Shown here piece after piece: positions 1 to 13,100 of a DNA stretch of 64,000 nucleotides (position 1 is the first letter of the stretch; each line of letters opens with the position of its first letter). The notes beneath the pieces are model-generated. The model was not told the DNA's origin. It ran no database searches and saw only the letters and a list, made by a program, of their open reading frames with translations. The position numbers and the translations under genes are program-made. The stretch is from Hypanus sabinus (lineage: Eukaryota): NCBI RefSeq assembly GCF_030144855.1, contig NC_082717.1:53072001-53136000 (forward strand), in the 5' to 3' direction.

Positions 1-2232
1 TACAGTATTTCATTATATTTTGGCATCATTCAAACATTAGTACACATCCAAAAACTTAAGAAAGTGATTAAATTTAAAGCCACAGGAAAGTTTGAATCTT
101 TCCCTGTTCATTTCCATATCTTTCTGGAAAGAGTTGGCTTTTATTTTTGATATGCAGTCCAACTTCTAAAACAATACCTTTCAGAAGTCAGGAGACAATA
201 TAAAGCAATCATTTTTTTGCAAAACACAACTTGCAAATAATCTTTGCAATATAAACATAACCATTGTGATTAGGCATAGCACAGTTGAAAGCAGATTTGT
301 ATAGTTGAGATTGCCAAATATATACTGAATACAATTCTTCATTCCATTACCTTGTAATACATCAATCTGTTGGGTTTTCATTGACTAGTTGGTAAAGTCA
401 CTTCCAATTTTAATGAATGTAATCAGATTTTTTACACCAATTATCAAACATTCAGTTCTTGAGTTCTGCCTGACCAAAGCTGGAAGTAATCTCTGTATTA
501 ATGAAAGTTTAAAAACTGAATAACAGAACCAAATAAGGAAAAGAGGACCCTCCATTCTGAACTAATCAAAAACAGTATCAAATCTTCCTTCCCATAACTT
601 ATAGACATGCTGTTATATAACCACACTTCTGAAATTTCATAATTCTTGCTTGTTTTCCCATTTCAATACATATTTTCAGGTTTAACCCTACAAATTAAAA
701 GCATCCTTGAAATAAAATAGGTGACAAGTCATAAAGCAACTTTGATAAACACATAATAATTTACCTTCCTCTGATTTACTTTTCAAAAAAAAAAGAAACA
801 TGGCATTGGACGTAGTGAGATGGAAAAATGAACTTATTATTTAGCATACTCTCATTTTCTTAATGAAAATGTGTCAAAAACTAAGTGCAATGACAATGAG
901 GTCAACATTTTAATTGCTTGAATCAAAATTACTTGTTCATACACACAATACTCCACCACACTGTAACAAATAAAACTGAAAAAACATGTAGGATCTACAT
1001 ATTTTATAATATTTTTCACTTACAAAGTAGATTATATTTACAGCAAAATACCTATCTTTTTTCTAATTTATCTTTCAATGTTTTGACTATTCCTTGCTAA
1101 ATATATTATGATTGATATCAATAATGTTTTCTCTGTATTAAATTCAAATTTCAAGGAACTAACTGACCAAACAGACAGGGAGAAATGCAAGTTCCAGCTA
1201 CACAGTTTTCTTCAGTAGACCTTACTGATTCATTTATAAAAGGGTCCTACTGTAAGCAGCATTACCATGGAAGCAGGAGATCAGAAATCCGTTGATACAG
1301 TAGCTGTTAAAAAGTTTCAAGCGAGGTAATTTGCACCTGTAACATTGGCAAAGTGGGGTACTTCTCAAGCCCACAGTTCAAGAGAGAACTGCCAAAGGAC
1401 TGCAACATGAATGCTCACGCTCTCCACAACAAGGAGAGCCACAGCACCAGGGGAAGGAAGTGTAGCTAGGAATGGGGTGTGAAAAGCCAGTATATGCAAA
1501 GTTATGTTTGAGTCCAGTGTTTCTTCAGGACATCAAACTCATTAATTTAAAAATCACAGTGGACATAAGCAAAAAGAAGTGGTCAGATTGACAATCGTTT
1601 TTGCATATTGTGTGCATCATCATTTTGGGGAAGATGTAATAATTAGAGTTTGCTCTCCAAACTGGAAGCCTCAATTAATATGCACGAGTGTTACACGTTA
1701 ATGATTCTTTGGATTAAGTTTGTTGCCAAGAAGATACTTCCCACCACCACCCCCTTCAATTAGTTAATTACCTGCCCATGAGTAGTTTTAGTAGCTTGCA
1801 TATGTCAGCACAACCACCTTACTTCTCACTATTCCTTCTGATACTTTTGTCGTGGTTTCTTGAAATAACCAGGAGACTCAGAAGATTCTTCAAGAAATTT
1901 AAGCCTTTATTTGCAAACAAAAGCCGAGACAATTAATGAACGTGTCACTAATTGCCTGCCAAGCCTAGTACACAGTATTCTTTATAGTACTTTCTCATCT
2001 CAGTTATATTAGCATATACTTGTTCTAGTGCCTTGACTGGTTTTCATACCATCGCACAATCCTGTCTAGTCTACTCCTTGGAACACACGTCCCCCTTCCC
2101 GGCTTTGACTGTTTTTCATACCATCACACCGCCCCACAACCCTGTCTACCACCATTATCTCTACATGCTTACTTTCACTGTTAGCTACATTCTTAAGGCA
2201 CTGAGCTTACTTTCACTGTTAGCTACATTCTT

Positions 2233-2480
2233 TTTTTTTTAAATAATTTTTTATTGCATTTTTAAATGATTACAAAGTATGAAAAAACAATGTATATAAC
2301 CCATACCCCCTCCCCTTAACCCCTCCCCCCTAACTGCCCCATAGAAAAAAAAGAAAGAAAGAAAGAAAGAAAGAATGCCTGGTGGTTGGAAGATCTCCAC
2401 ATGCTCCATGGAATTCATAATAATTTTAATATGTATATTTATTTCTTTCCCCTAATAACCAATTGTTTCATCTTCAAAGC
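2233..2480 (-). mobile_element. 5'-truncated L1-like retroposon tail with 8-bp TSD
   Basis: Poly(T) on plus with AATAAA on minus, a G-rich tract and (GAAA)n. TSD ACATTCTT at 2225-2232 and 2481-2488. Confidence 0.7.
2345..2375. repeat. (GAAA)n microsatellite
   Basis: Direct read. Confidence 0.9.
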
Positions 2481-2704
2481 ACATTCTTAAGGCACTGATG
2501 CATTCAATAGTACAGAGACAATACAGAGATTACATTCTGGCCAATAAATTGGATACATAGCAAATAGCAAACACAAGGCTGGCCACATAGTTCTGGCCAC
2601 ACAGTAAACGTTGCAACTTTATTCTCCAATAATACTGAATAAGCAGTGGTTTCAGCTCCATCCCCCTTGTCCTTTGCTTAACTAATTTCAATCCCAACAT
2701 TAAA

Positions 2705-3077
2705 CTTTTCATCCACTGCTGATTTAAGAGCCAGGCCAGATTGGAAAAAGTCAGGATGTCAGGCCAGAGGAGAGCAGCGGGCCAATGTTCAGCTCACTGC
2801 CTGCGAGTTTTACTTGTTTCTGCGCTGAATTGAGGTTGTAGCCTGCAACTAACGGGCTCCTGGACGAGCTGTAGTGATGAATGGCTTCGAGGCTCACTTT
2901 CGTGAACTTCAGTTCTGAATGCTATTTGCTTACTTATGTTGTTTGCACGATTTGTTTTCTTTTCTGCACATTGGGTGTTTGACCTTTTTTTAATGGGGTC
3001 AGTTGGGTTTCTTTGTCCTGTGGCTGCCTGTAAGGTTGTATATTCATACTTCGATAATAAATGTGCTTTGAACTTTG
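2705..3077 (+). mobile_element. Non-autonomous LINE-tailed repeat (3' part)
   Basis: Similar to 34070-34475 and 7250-7575; ends GATAATAAATGTGCTTTGAACTTTG. Confidence 0.55.
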
Positions 3078-3751
3078 GGTTTCTCATCTCTTTGTGTGTT
3101 CTCAGTCTCAGTGAGTCCATTTTATTTTCTAGCAAACAGATATTGACCAATAAAAGTATTGGTACCACTGGTCTGGTTGGGTTAGCTCTCAGCCAAGCTC
3201 GTGCCCAGGCTCTCTTGCCACATTCCTACTTCATCTCACATCACCTACATATGTCACTTCTTTGGCTGAGCCACCTTTGGCTGTTGTCGCTGGGTCTGGC
3301 ATCTATAGAATCCCTCGTCCATCGACATCCAAATCTGTGAACTTTGAGAGCAAGGAGTGGGCAGTAATTTGTATTTAGCTAGAGCCAATAAGATTCACTA
3401 CAAAGGTTGATTGGATGTCCATTACCTGAAAATTCCTCACTATTTCATATATCACCATATATCTCTGTTTCATCATCATTGCTGGGCCAACAGAACCATA
3501 CATGTGCTTTTACCAGAAGAAATGCAACAAATAGCATTGTCTGCAACGAAACGTTGATGTTTGATTTCACTCCATAGATGCAACCTGACCCAATGAGTTC
3601 CTCCATATCCTTTGTATGGTTGCCTCTGTCTACACCGGTATCAGTTCCATGGTAAAGTAGTTTCCTAATAATAATTTGTCCAATACAAACAGCTGCAAGT
3701 TTACATAGGCAAGCGTAATAACATTTATTCCCTGCCATTTACAATCTATGG

Positions 3752-3831
3752 CAGGGATTTCCAACCTTTCTTATGCCAGGGACTAGTACCATTAAGCAAG
3801 AGGTCCATGAACTCCAGGTTGGGAACCCCTG
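3752..3831. mobile_element. 80-bp hAT/Charlie-like MITE
   Basis: TIRs CAGGGATTTCCAACCT / AGGTTGGGAACCCCTG; TSD degenerate. Confidence 0.6.
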
Positions 3832-3963
3832 ACCTGGCATTTATTCCCCTTTATAGATTTGCTTACAGCATCTGTGGATCTGGTTACAAAAATAATAAAA
3901 GGAGTCTGGATCTTTTCAAATTATGTAGAAATAGTGATCAGAAGCAAACATTGAATGGGTTAC

Positions 3964-4161
3964 CTCTGAGAGAGAGCCATGCACAAGGGTGACAGGCAGT
4001 CATACAATGGACACTCTTGAGCATCAGGACTGTAGCCCACTTGCAGCAGCATCTTCAAGCATTCTTGGTGTCCTCCATACACTGCTGAATAGACAGGGCT
4101 CACTTTACTTGCCCCTTTATCACATATTCGGTCAGTGATCGGTATTAGAAATTCCAGCACA
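3964..4161 (-). CDS. ASB3: ASB3 coding exon 6
   Basis: [65 protein letters not shown]. Acceptor ctaacag, donor AG|gtaacc. Confidence 0.94.
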
Positions 4162-7100
4162 CTGTTAGACATGAAAGCACATTGTTAAATGAACATTACA
4201 TTCACACACAGCAGGAACAAAAGAAAAATAAACTGCTCCTGCTTTCTGAATTGTTAATAATACAGGACTCAATAATAAAGTAACTAACACAAAGCACATC
4301 AATATATTTGAATAAACTTGAAATACCACAAATTAGAGGAAAAATTTTAATGAACTGACTGAAAACACAGTGGAAACTGACTTCAGAACATGTTATTTTA
4401 AAACCATTTGAGGCTGGACTTTATCCTTACCAAGTATATCAACAGCTGCAATGAATATCAATGAGATTTTAAGTACAACACTGCAAATGTCACCCTGAAA
4501 AACAAAACAAAACCTAACCCTCTACAAGGGCTTGCAAATTACAAGAACTTTATAACTTTTAGCAGTAGATATGCACACAATGTACTTACACTTAAATTGG
4601 AAAGGATTAATTGCTCCAAAGCAAAATTTTAATTTGGCAGCAAAAATTTTAAAATGCATTTTTCACAGAGTAGAAAGTATACAAAGTAAATGGGTACTGT
4701 GGAATCTCTAGACATGCTTGAGATAAAATTGGAAGTACTTTCTGGAACTTTTAAAAATATACTTAAATATAAGAAAAAAAGAGAATAAGAGCTATTGTAG
4801 CAATTCAAATTCCAGCTTCTGATTTTCAGTTCCTTAGATTGCAATATGTATCACTTGGATGTCATGCTTTAAAATATATTTAATGTATGGAAAATGTTTA
4901 AAATATGTATTTTAATAGCTCAATTAGACTGTGTGCACTTACTTGACTTTACCCATCTGGGCAGCAGCATGAATAGGTAACTGCCAATTATCTTCATTGC
5001 AATAAAGGTTTGCATCAGCCCCATGTGACAGCAGCAATTCAACACATTCCACATGGCCTTCCTGAGCAGCTATGAACAATGGTGTGGCCTTATCATAAGT
5101 CTGGCAATTAACATTACCACCTGCAAAATTAATTTTAAAAAAGGTTATTTTATTCAAAGTTCAGTTCAAAGTTCTTCATGGCACAGTGTATGCAGTCAAA
5201 ATACTGAAGTGCAACTAATTACTTACTTACTAAAATACTTCACCAGCTTTTCATTATAATTTCATAATTTTTCAGCAGTAAATGAACTGAAAGCATTTTA
5301 GTAAAAGGAGCATATGCAGGTGTTCTATATAAGTCAAATCAATTCATATGCATATACGTCAGGCAATCAGGGGAAAATCGCCCTAATGAATGCAGCACAA
5401 ATTGAGATACTATGGTAACTGGAGTTCAATCCTCTCAGCCCCAAAACTTTGCTGCAAAAGTCGTTTTGGTCAATGCCGTAAGGCAAATTACCTTTAGATG
5501 CTTCAATGATCTTTTCCTCTATCATGTCAGAAGTGGAGAACTTCACCAATTACTATAGAGTTCAGTTTTAGCTGCACCTCATATCTCAAAACAGTTCATG
5601 CATGCACACAGCATGGGTGGTCGACGCTCAGGACTGGGCTGACAAATTACAACTGCCAACCATCTTTAATTGGAGAATCTAAACATTTCTCCTTGATATT
5701 TGATGTTGTTACCATTTGCAGGCCCAGACCCATCAAGCTCCTGCATGGTTACCACAGACCAGAAATTGAACTAGAACAGTGACACAAATGTTGTAAATCA
5801 TTGGAGTAAAGCAGAGGTTCAGTACTCTACAGCAAATGATGTGCTTCCTATTATCTCATATTCTTTCTTCATAGAGCAAGGTAGAAAGATGATGGGATTC
5901 TCAAGTTGTGTAGACAAGTGTAGTTCCATCAATTTTCAAGCTGTAAGGCAACCAAGGTAATGCAACTCAATGCGTGAGTCACAATGAATAATAAACCACT
6001 GACTGTCATTCACAAGGATGTAGAGTGTGCCATCTACAAAATGCACTGTAGCAATGCACCAAGGCTTCTCCAAAAGCCTCGATCTCTACTATCTAGGAGA
6101 AGGTTCACGGAAACACCACCACTTCCAGTTCCTCAGACAATGACACAATCTGTGCAGCAAGATTCAGAAAACATCTCTGTACCATGCAACTATCAAACAT
6201 TTATCATTTCCAAAATCATCTCTGCGTGGCAGCCAACAACATTGCAATTACTGAGTAACAACTAGCATCGAAATCCAGGAGTCACCATGGATCAGAAAGT
6301 GTTCTGGATTAGGCACAATTGAAAGAATGCAAATCCAACAAGCATCAAGAACATGAAGCACATCACACCCTTTTTGATTAGCATCTCACACACCTCCCTC
6401 CACTACGATATCAGAGCGGCAGATGCATATACAATCTTTAAAATCCACAACAGGAACTCATTAGGGCTTTGTCAACAGCATCATACATCTCTTTCTACTT
6501 CACGGGACAATGATGCTGATAGTATTAGACTGTCGCCACATTATACTCCATCTCCAGGTCACAAATCAGTCTGATTTCTGGTTTAAGATGGTGCCATCAA
6601 AGACTTGTGACAGCATACTGGTAGTTTGAAAGCAAAGGATTTTGATGGAAAAACATCACTAATAACACTTAATTTTTGAGGTGAATTGTGGTGAACTATC
6701 TCTGCAAATAATGAAGAGGTGAGAGAAGGTAAAGTAAATTCATGAGATACACCCTGATGGTTGGAGCAGACGATTTGGAGCGGAGAAGTCAGGACAGAGG
6801 AGTTCTGATGCCCGTCCAATTTTGCCCGGATGCGAGGGTGCATAGCTTGAAGTGCCAAGTCAATTTGGAGTGGTCAAGAACCAGGTCTGAAGCGAATTGC
6901 TGGTTCTAGGCCCAGAGTGATTCGCTAGAGCAAGATCTGGGTCCTAATGCAAGCTACAATTTGCTGTTTGGACAATCTAAATGACAGCCCATATAGACTG
7001 GAAGAGCAGGGTGTTGAGAGTCAGGCGAGGTTAGATGACTCTGGGTGCGAAGTTGATTTGGAGAGATCGAGAACAGCTTTTATGGCAGTGAAATCTAGGC

Positions 7101-10100
7101 CCGCGTTGTAGGCGGTGTGCTATAGGCCCTGAGTGAATCACCACTGCATGGCCCGGGTCCAAATGCAAGGTACAATCCGCCATTCAAACAATTTAAACAC
7201 CGGCCCAGGTAGACTAGAGGCTCCTCTCTCCACAAAGCTAAGGCTGCAAAACTGCCCTCAGCCGCTGTGCTTGATGTCTGCAAACTTTGAGGCCACTTGC
7301 TCCACTAATACGATGAACTGAATACAGAGGCTTTGGGCCTACTCCAGACTGCTCGGAGATTTGGATCCAAGGACTCAATTCGGTTCCAAATGCTGTTGTT
7401 GTTGCTCACTTTTATTGTTTGCATGAGTTGCTTTTCTCTACCCTTCTCTGTGCACATCGGGAGTTGATCGTTATTTTTTTTGTAATTGTGTTCTTTCAGC
7501 TTCCTTGCTTTGCAAACTAATCTCAAGGTGTATAATTTATACATTCTTTGATAATAAATTTTCTTTGAATATTTTGATCTGGCAATGTGAAAATCACTTC
7601 TCTTTCTTTGTTACTGCACTAAATTTGGTAGGTTCCTGACTCTGGAAGCTCCTTCTCTATAGCAGAGAACGAACATAGCTCATCACCATCTTTTTAAGAG
7701 CCATTAGGGATGCATAATAAATTGATGCTGTAAACAAATATTGTTTAAATTATTACCTTTATACTTGCTAATGTTTCAGATCATTAACCAGTCTCTCTCG
7801 CAATATATGCTGCCTACCCTGCTAATTTTTTCCCCATCATTTTCTGTTTTCAATTCTCCAGCACTCTTAGCATTTAAATTTTGTATTACATTTTCTAGCA
7901 GGCTCTGCAGTGAAAACAGCTGTGTTTCAGGAATGTCTGTACAAATATAATTTATTAACATGCAAAATCTTTGCCAATTTACTTACCAAGTGCAAATAGG
8001 TTAATAATGAAGGAAACAATCCAAAGCATTTTACAGGCATTGACTAGATGATACAGATGTTTGTGAAAGTGCAATCTGTGCATAATTTAAAAGATAATGC
8101 TGTGGATTTCTGTGTTTCAATTTATGACTCTGATTGGTGTTACTGTTTTTTTAAAAGCTTCTAGCAACATTTCAGAATTAAAAGATCAGATGTTTAAAAA
8201 AGCTCTAAATTTAAAACAATATTTAAATTCATCTGAACAATCCAACTTTTCTTTAACAGGATGTTATAATAGGGACTATAATCAAGACAAATACCACCTG
8301 CTTCGAGTGAAGTGAAAACTACTGGTCCTCTGTGGTATACAAGACAAACATTTCATGTGCTGTTTAAATGCCAAAGCACTTACTGGCATATTTTCTCTGT
8401 CTGCATTGAATTTATTGCCATCAAACAATTTTTTGTTAAGATATTATCTACCCTATCAATCTCTGCTAAATTCTAGTGCCCAATGTGTAGACCAATTGTA
8501 TAAGCATGGGACTCAGTAATCTTACTGTATACACAATAGCTAGGTTAGCTACAAATTATGATTTCCTCCATAGCTTGAAGTGCAATATATATTTAAGGCT
8601 GTGCACGTTTGTAATGAGAGAGTTAAAAGTAGATTACTCAAATGGAGTTGTCAGTCCACTATCTTCACAGGTATGTTAATCAGCAAGATAGGTAAAACAA
8701 AAAAGTTGTGATTCACAGGGTCCTTGAGGCCTTGAAGCAAGCAGATGTGGGACATTAAAGAACGTGAGGTGACAAGATCACTTGTTTTTCCTAAAGACCA
8801 GTGAGACTGGTTCAGTTGACAATGTAAAATAATTAGTTTTGGAAGTGTAGCTGACTGGAACATATACATTAGATAGTGATGGGATCTCCAGTAAGATGGC
8901 GGTGCGCTTGCGCACAGGTGCTTCTCTGCATCCAAACAAAAGTGCAAATGTTCATCCATTGTGCCTTTTTCACAATTGGAGAACACTGCTGCTTATCAAA
9001 AACATCAAGTACTGCAAGTCTACCCCACGAGCAAGTTGCCAGATAGCTGCGGAACTGAACTTGTTGCACAGTGTTGCAGCCTGCTTCAGCTACCCAGGAT
9101 AAAAGGCACTCTCACTGGTAGTGTGCGATCCAACAGATGGTCAGGGTGACTGTCTTGGATATTTTTGTTGTGACTGTAGGACCCTGTCGGATATTAGTAA
9201 TGCAAAGTACTGCAAGTCCAATTCAATGGTTCATTGGTGAGACCAAAGGTGGTCTCAGTTGTGGCGTGGAACGGGCCTCATTTATGCCTCAGGATTGCCA
9301 GTTGTGGCCACCGATAAAGGAAACTGTGTGCCACTAGTTTCTACAAACATTTGTACATCGGCATAGAGACTGACCCATCCCTTCAGAGCTGCCTTCCAGT
9401 GTTTGCTCAGTGGGAAACTGACGCAGGCTATTCTTGCAGAAACGTGGCTTGAAGACAACGTCCATGCACCGTGACACTCAGGGACTTAGGCTTATTATTT
9501 TTTAATTTTATATTTTGTAACTATGTTTTACTGCTATCATAATTATATGTGCTATATGTGCTGTGTATTGTGTGTGACTGTTGGCTAAATGTTTTGAAAC
9601 TTGGCTCCAGAGGATCGCTGTTTCATTTGGCTGTATCCATGTGTATGGTTGAATGACAATTAAACTCAAACTTGAACTTGATTTGTAATAAACACAGATT
9701 TTCTTGATTCTATAAGTGTGAGTAGTGAACAAACTCATTTAGACTTCTCCTTGGACAGGAACTGTGATCAGTACCAAGTACTCCGAGATTCTCCAGATCA
9801 ATCATCATAAATGAATCCCTGAAGAGCAGAAAGACTTGAGACTTGTTCTTTCATTAATCATTCTACAGTGTATTTTACACTTACTGTTTTGTATGTCTTA
9901 TATAAGAATACAGTGTTAACAACAAAATTTTTAACAGTGTGGAGGAACAAAGGAATCTTGGGGTCCACATCCATAAATCGCTTAAAGCTACCAGGAGTGT
10001 TGATAGGGTAGTTAGGAAGGCGTACGGTGTGTTGGCCTTCATTAGTTGGAGGACTGAATTCAAGAGCCATAAGGTAATGTTGGAGCTCTATAAAACTCTA

Positions 10101-13100
10101 GTTAGACAATACTTTTAGTATTCATTTTTAGTCATCTCATTATAGAAAGTACGTGGAAACTTTAGAGAAGGTTCAGAGATTTATCAGAACATTGCCTGAA
10201 TTAGAGAGCATATCTGATGAGTGTAGACTGAGGGAGTAAGGCTTTTCTCTTTGGAGCGAAGGTGTATCAGATAAAAAAGGCATATCTGGAGTAGCCATCC
10301 AAAAAGGTTTTCCCAGGGCAGAAATAGCTAATACGAGAGATCATTACTATAAGGTGCTTGAAGGAAAACATAGGGAGAATGTCAGAGTTAGTTTTTTTTA
10401 AACACAGACGGGTTGGTGTGTGGAATTCACAGCCGGGGTGGTAGTTGAGACAGATACATTAGGGGCATTTATGACAATTTTATATAGGTTCTTGGATTAA
10501 AGAAAAATGGAGGGCTACGTGGAAGGGAAGGATTAGATTAATCCTAGAGTAGGTTAAAGAGTTGACACAGTGTCATGGACTGAAGAGCTTGTACTGTGCT
10601 TTACTGTTCCATGTACTTAGCATTCAGAAAGAATTCCTGGGAATTATCCCATTAATGGGATTGGTATCACATGGGGATCATTGCTGTAATTCACCTGCTG
10701 CCACAGCTGGTCTATACTGGATACAAACTCACTGGTTCTCCACTCTGCTTTCGAGCCCAAGACAACATCAAAATGAATGGCAGGATGATATTTATTGATT
10801 ACAGCTCAGCATTCAGTACCATCATCCTCTCAGTATTAATTTCCAAACTTCTAAACCTAGGCCTCCATACCTCTCTCTAAACTGGATCCTTACCTTTCTC
10901 ATTGGGTGAGCAAGGTCAGTAAAAACATCTCCTCTCTGACGACCCACACAGGCGCACTTCAAGGATTTGTGCTTAGCCCACGGCTCTACTCTCTACACTC
11001 CTGACCGTGTGGCTAGACACAGCCCAAACATAAAAGATTACGCCAACAATTACACCACCGAGCATAGAGGAGTGAGATAGATTGGCTAATTGGGTAGTGT
11101 TGCAGCAACAACCTTGCTCTCAATGTCAGTAAGACCAAGGAATTGATGTGAACTTCAGGAAGGGAAGCCAGAGAACACACACTGATCATCAAAGAGAGGT
11201 CAGCAGCGTAAAGTATGATCAAATCTCAAATAACAGAGAATCTGCAGATGCTGGAAATCCAAGCAACACACACAAAATGCTGGAGGAACTCAGCAGGCCA
11301 AAGGGTGTAAAGGGTGAGCAGCTTCAAGTTCCTATATATCCACATCTCAGAGGATCTAACTTGGTGCCAACCTATTTTTGCAATCAGAAAGAAGACACAC
11401 CCACAGTTAGACTTCATCAAGAGCTTGAGGCGATTTGGGATGTTACGAAAGGCGCTAGCAAATTTCTACAGATGTACCAGGGACAGTATTCTTCCTGGTT
11501 GAATCACTGTCTGCTATAGAAGCTCCAACATACAGGATCAAAAGAGGCTTCAGAGGGGTATACTACTGAGGACAGTTTCAAAAGCTGTCCCAACCCACTA
11601 CAACCTCTGGCAATTCATTCCATATACTCACCACCCTTAGTATGGGAACACCTATCCTCAAATTCCCTTTAAATCTTTTCACTCTTACCTAAAACCTGTG
11701 ACCTCTAGTTTAAGGCTCTGTACCCTGAGGAAATGGCAGTCTACCCTTCTCATGCCCCTCGTTTTTTTTAAATTTATCTATATAAGGTCATTCCTCAGGC
11801 TCCTTTGCTCCTGGGAAAACATTCCTAGCCTATCAGATTCCTCCTCATAACTCAAGCCGCCCTATCCAAATATCATCCTTGTAAATCTTACCTACACCCT
11901 AAGATACTGGCACAGAGTCTGTTCATTTTAGAATATACCATGATGTTAGTTTGGTAAGAAACCAAACTGAGTAGCCAGAAGCACTAGGCACAGTCCAATC
12001 ATTTGAAAGAGTACAGAGGTAAATTGGATTAGTACAGTATGGGCATAGTTAATCAAAATATTTGTTTCTTTGGTCTATGACTCAATGACAGATGCATTAA
12101 CATATTAAAATGGAAAGTGAACATTTGTTAATTACTTTTTTAAATTAATATCAATTTTAATTAATTTATATGTATTGAATTTGTTTTAAGTATTACATTA
12201 ATATTTAATTTCTTAATGTTTCCAAATGCCTTTGATGATCCAAAAATACAATTTGTAATGGTAAAGGTCTTTCGACAGCAAGACACAGGTTTGTTCCAGC
12301 CCGATCTGGCCTAATATTATTTGAAAATGTCAGCAGCAATTCAAAATGAGTGAAATATTCCAAAATATTTCAGCACGAGACAAATTAATGAAAAACAACT
12401 CACCAGCGCCACTGTGTGGTAGCTCAAAAGAAAAACTATTACCGTAACTACTTAAAACCATGCATCAAATCTCCTGACCTGAAAGAAAATTGCATCTCAT
12501 AATTCCTTCAGATTTGTACCGATCTGCTAAGATATGTAGGCAGGAACACAAGATCAGTCTATCTTGCTATCCTGGAGCGTCTCAACAACTCACAGAAAAA
12601 TCTGAGTGGCAAAGTGCCCAAGATGACCATTAACAATTCCCACTTTGGAAGGCAGTAATACAGAAAAGGAGAATAAAAAAACATAATTGAGGCAATGGTA
12701 AAAGGACATTTAGAAATTAATATTGTGATAGAGAAATATAAACTATACTTCATTAGGAGATTGAAGAGACTTGGTATGTCAACAAAAACACTCATAACCT
12801 TCTACAGATGTACTGTGGAAAGCATTCTGACAAGCTGCATCACTGTCTGGTATGGGGGTGGGGGGGATTCTGCACAGCATCGAAAGAAGCTGCACAGGGT
12901 TGTAAATTTAGTCAGTTCTATCTTGGGGTACCAGCCTACAAAGTTCCCAGGACATCTTCAAGGAGCGGTGTCTCAGAAAGGCAGCATCAATTATTAAGGA
13001 TCTCCAGCACCCGGGCATGCCCTTTTCTCATTGTTACCATCAGTTAAGAGGTACAGAAGCCTTGAAGGCACACACTCAGGGATTCAGAAATAGCTTCTTC

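Larger units (their letters stand above)
1845..2631 (-). mobile_element. Possible solo-LTR-like repeat, interrupted by an L1-like tail
   Basis: Minus-strand AATAAA and TATA-like motifs in LTR order, internal direct repeats, degenerate ends with ATAC on both sides. Confidence 0.3.

Noticed and set aside
1365-1465. Minus-strand ctag|CT ACA CTT CCT TCC ('ATLPS') resembling the start of the ASB3 SOCS-box exon
   Set aside because: It continues PGAVALLVVE... with no SOCS-box L..LCR..IR motif, and the intervening ASB3 exons are not visible between it and 3964.
3426-3481. Possible 56-nt ASB3 cassette or poison exon (strong CAG|GTAATG donor)
   Set aside because: Weak acceptor, in-frame TGA and no ASB3 similarity; unsupported without RNA data.
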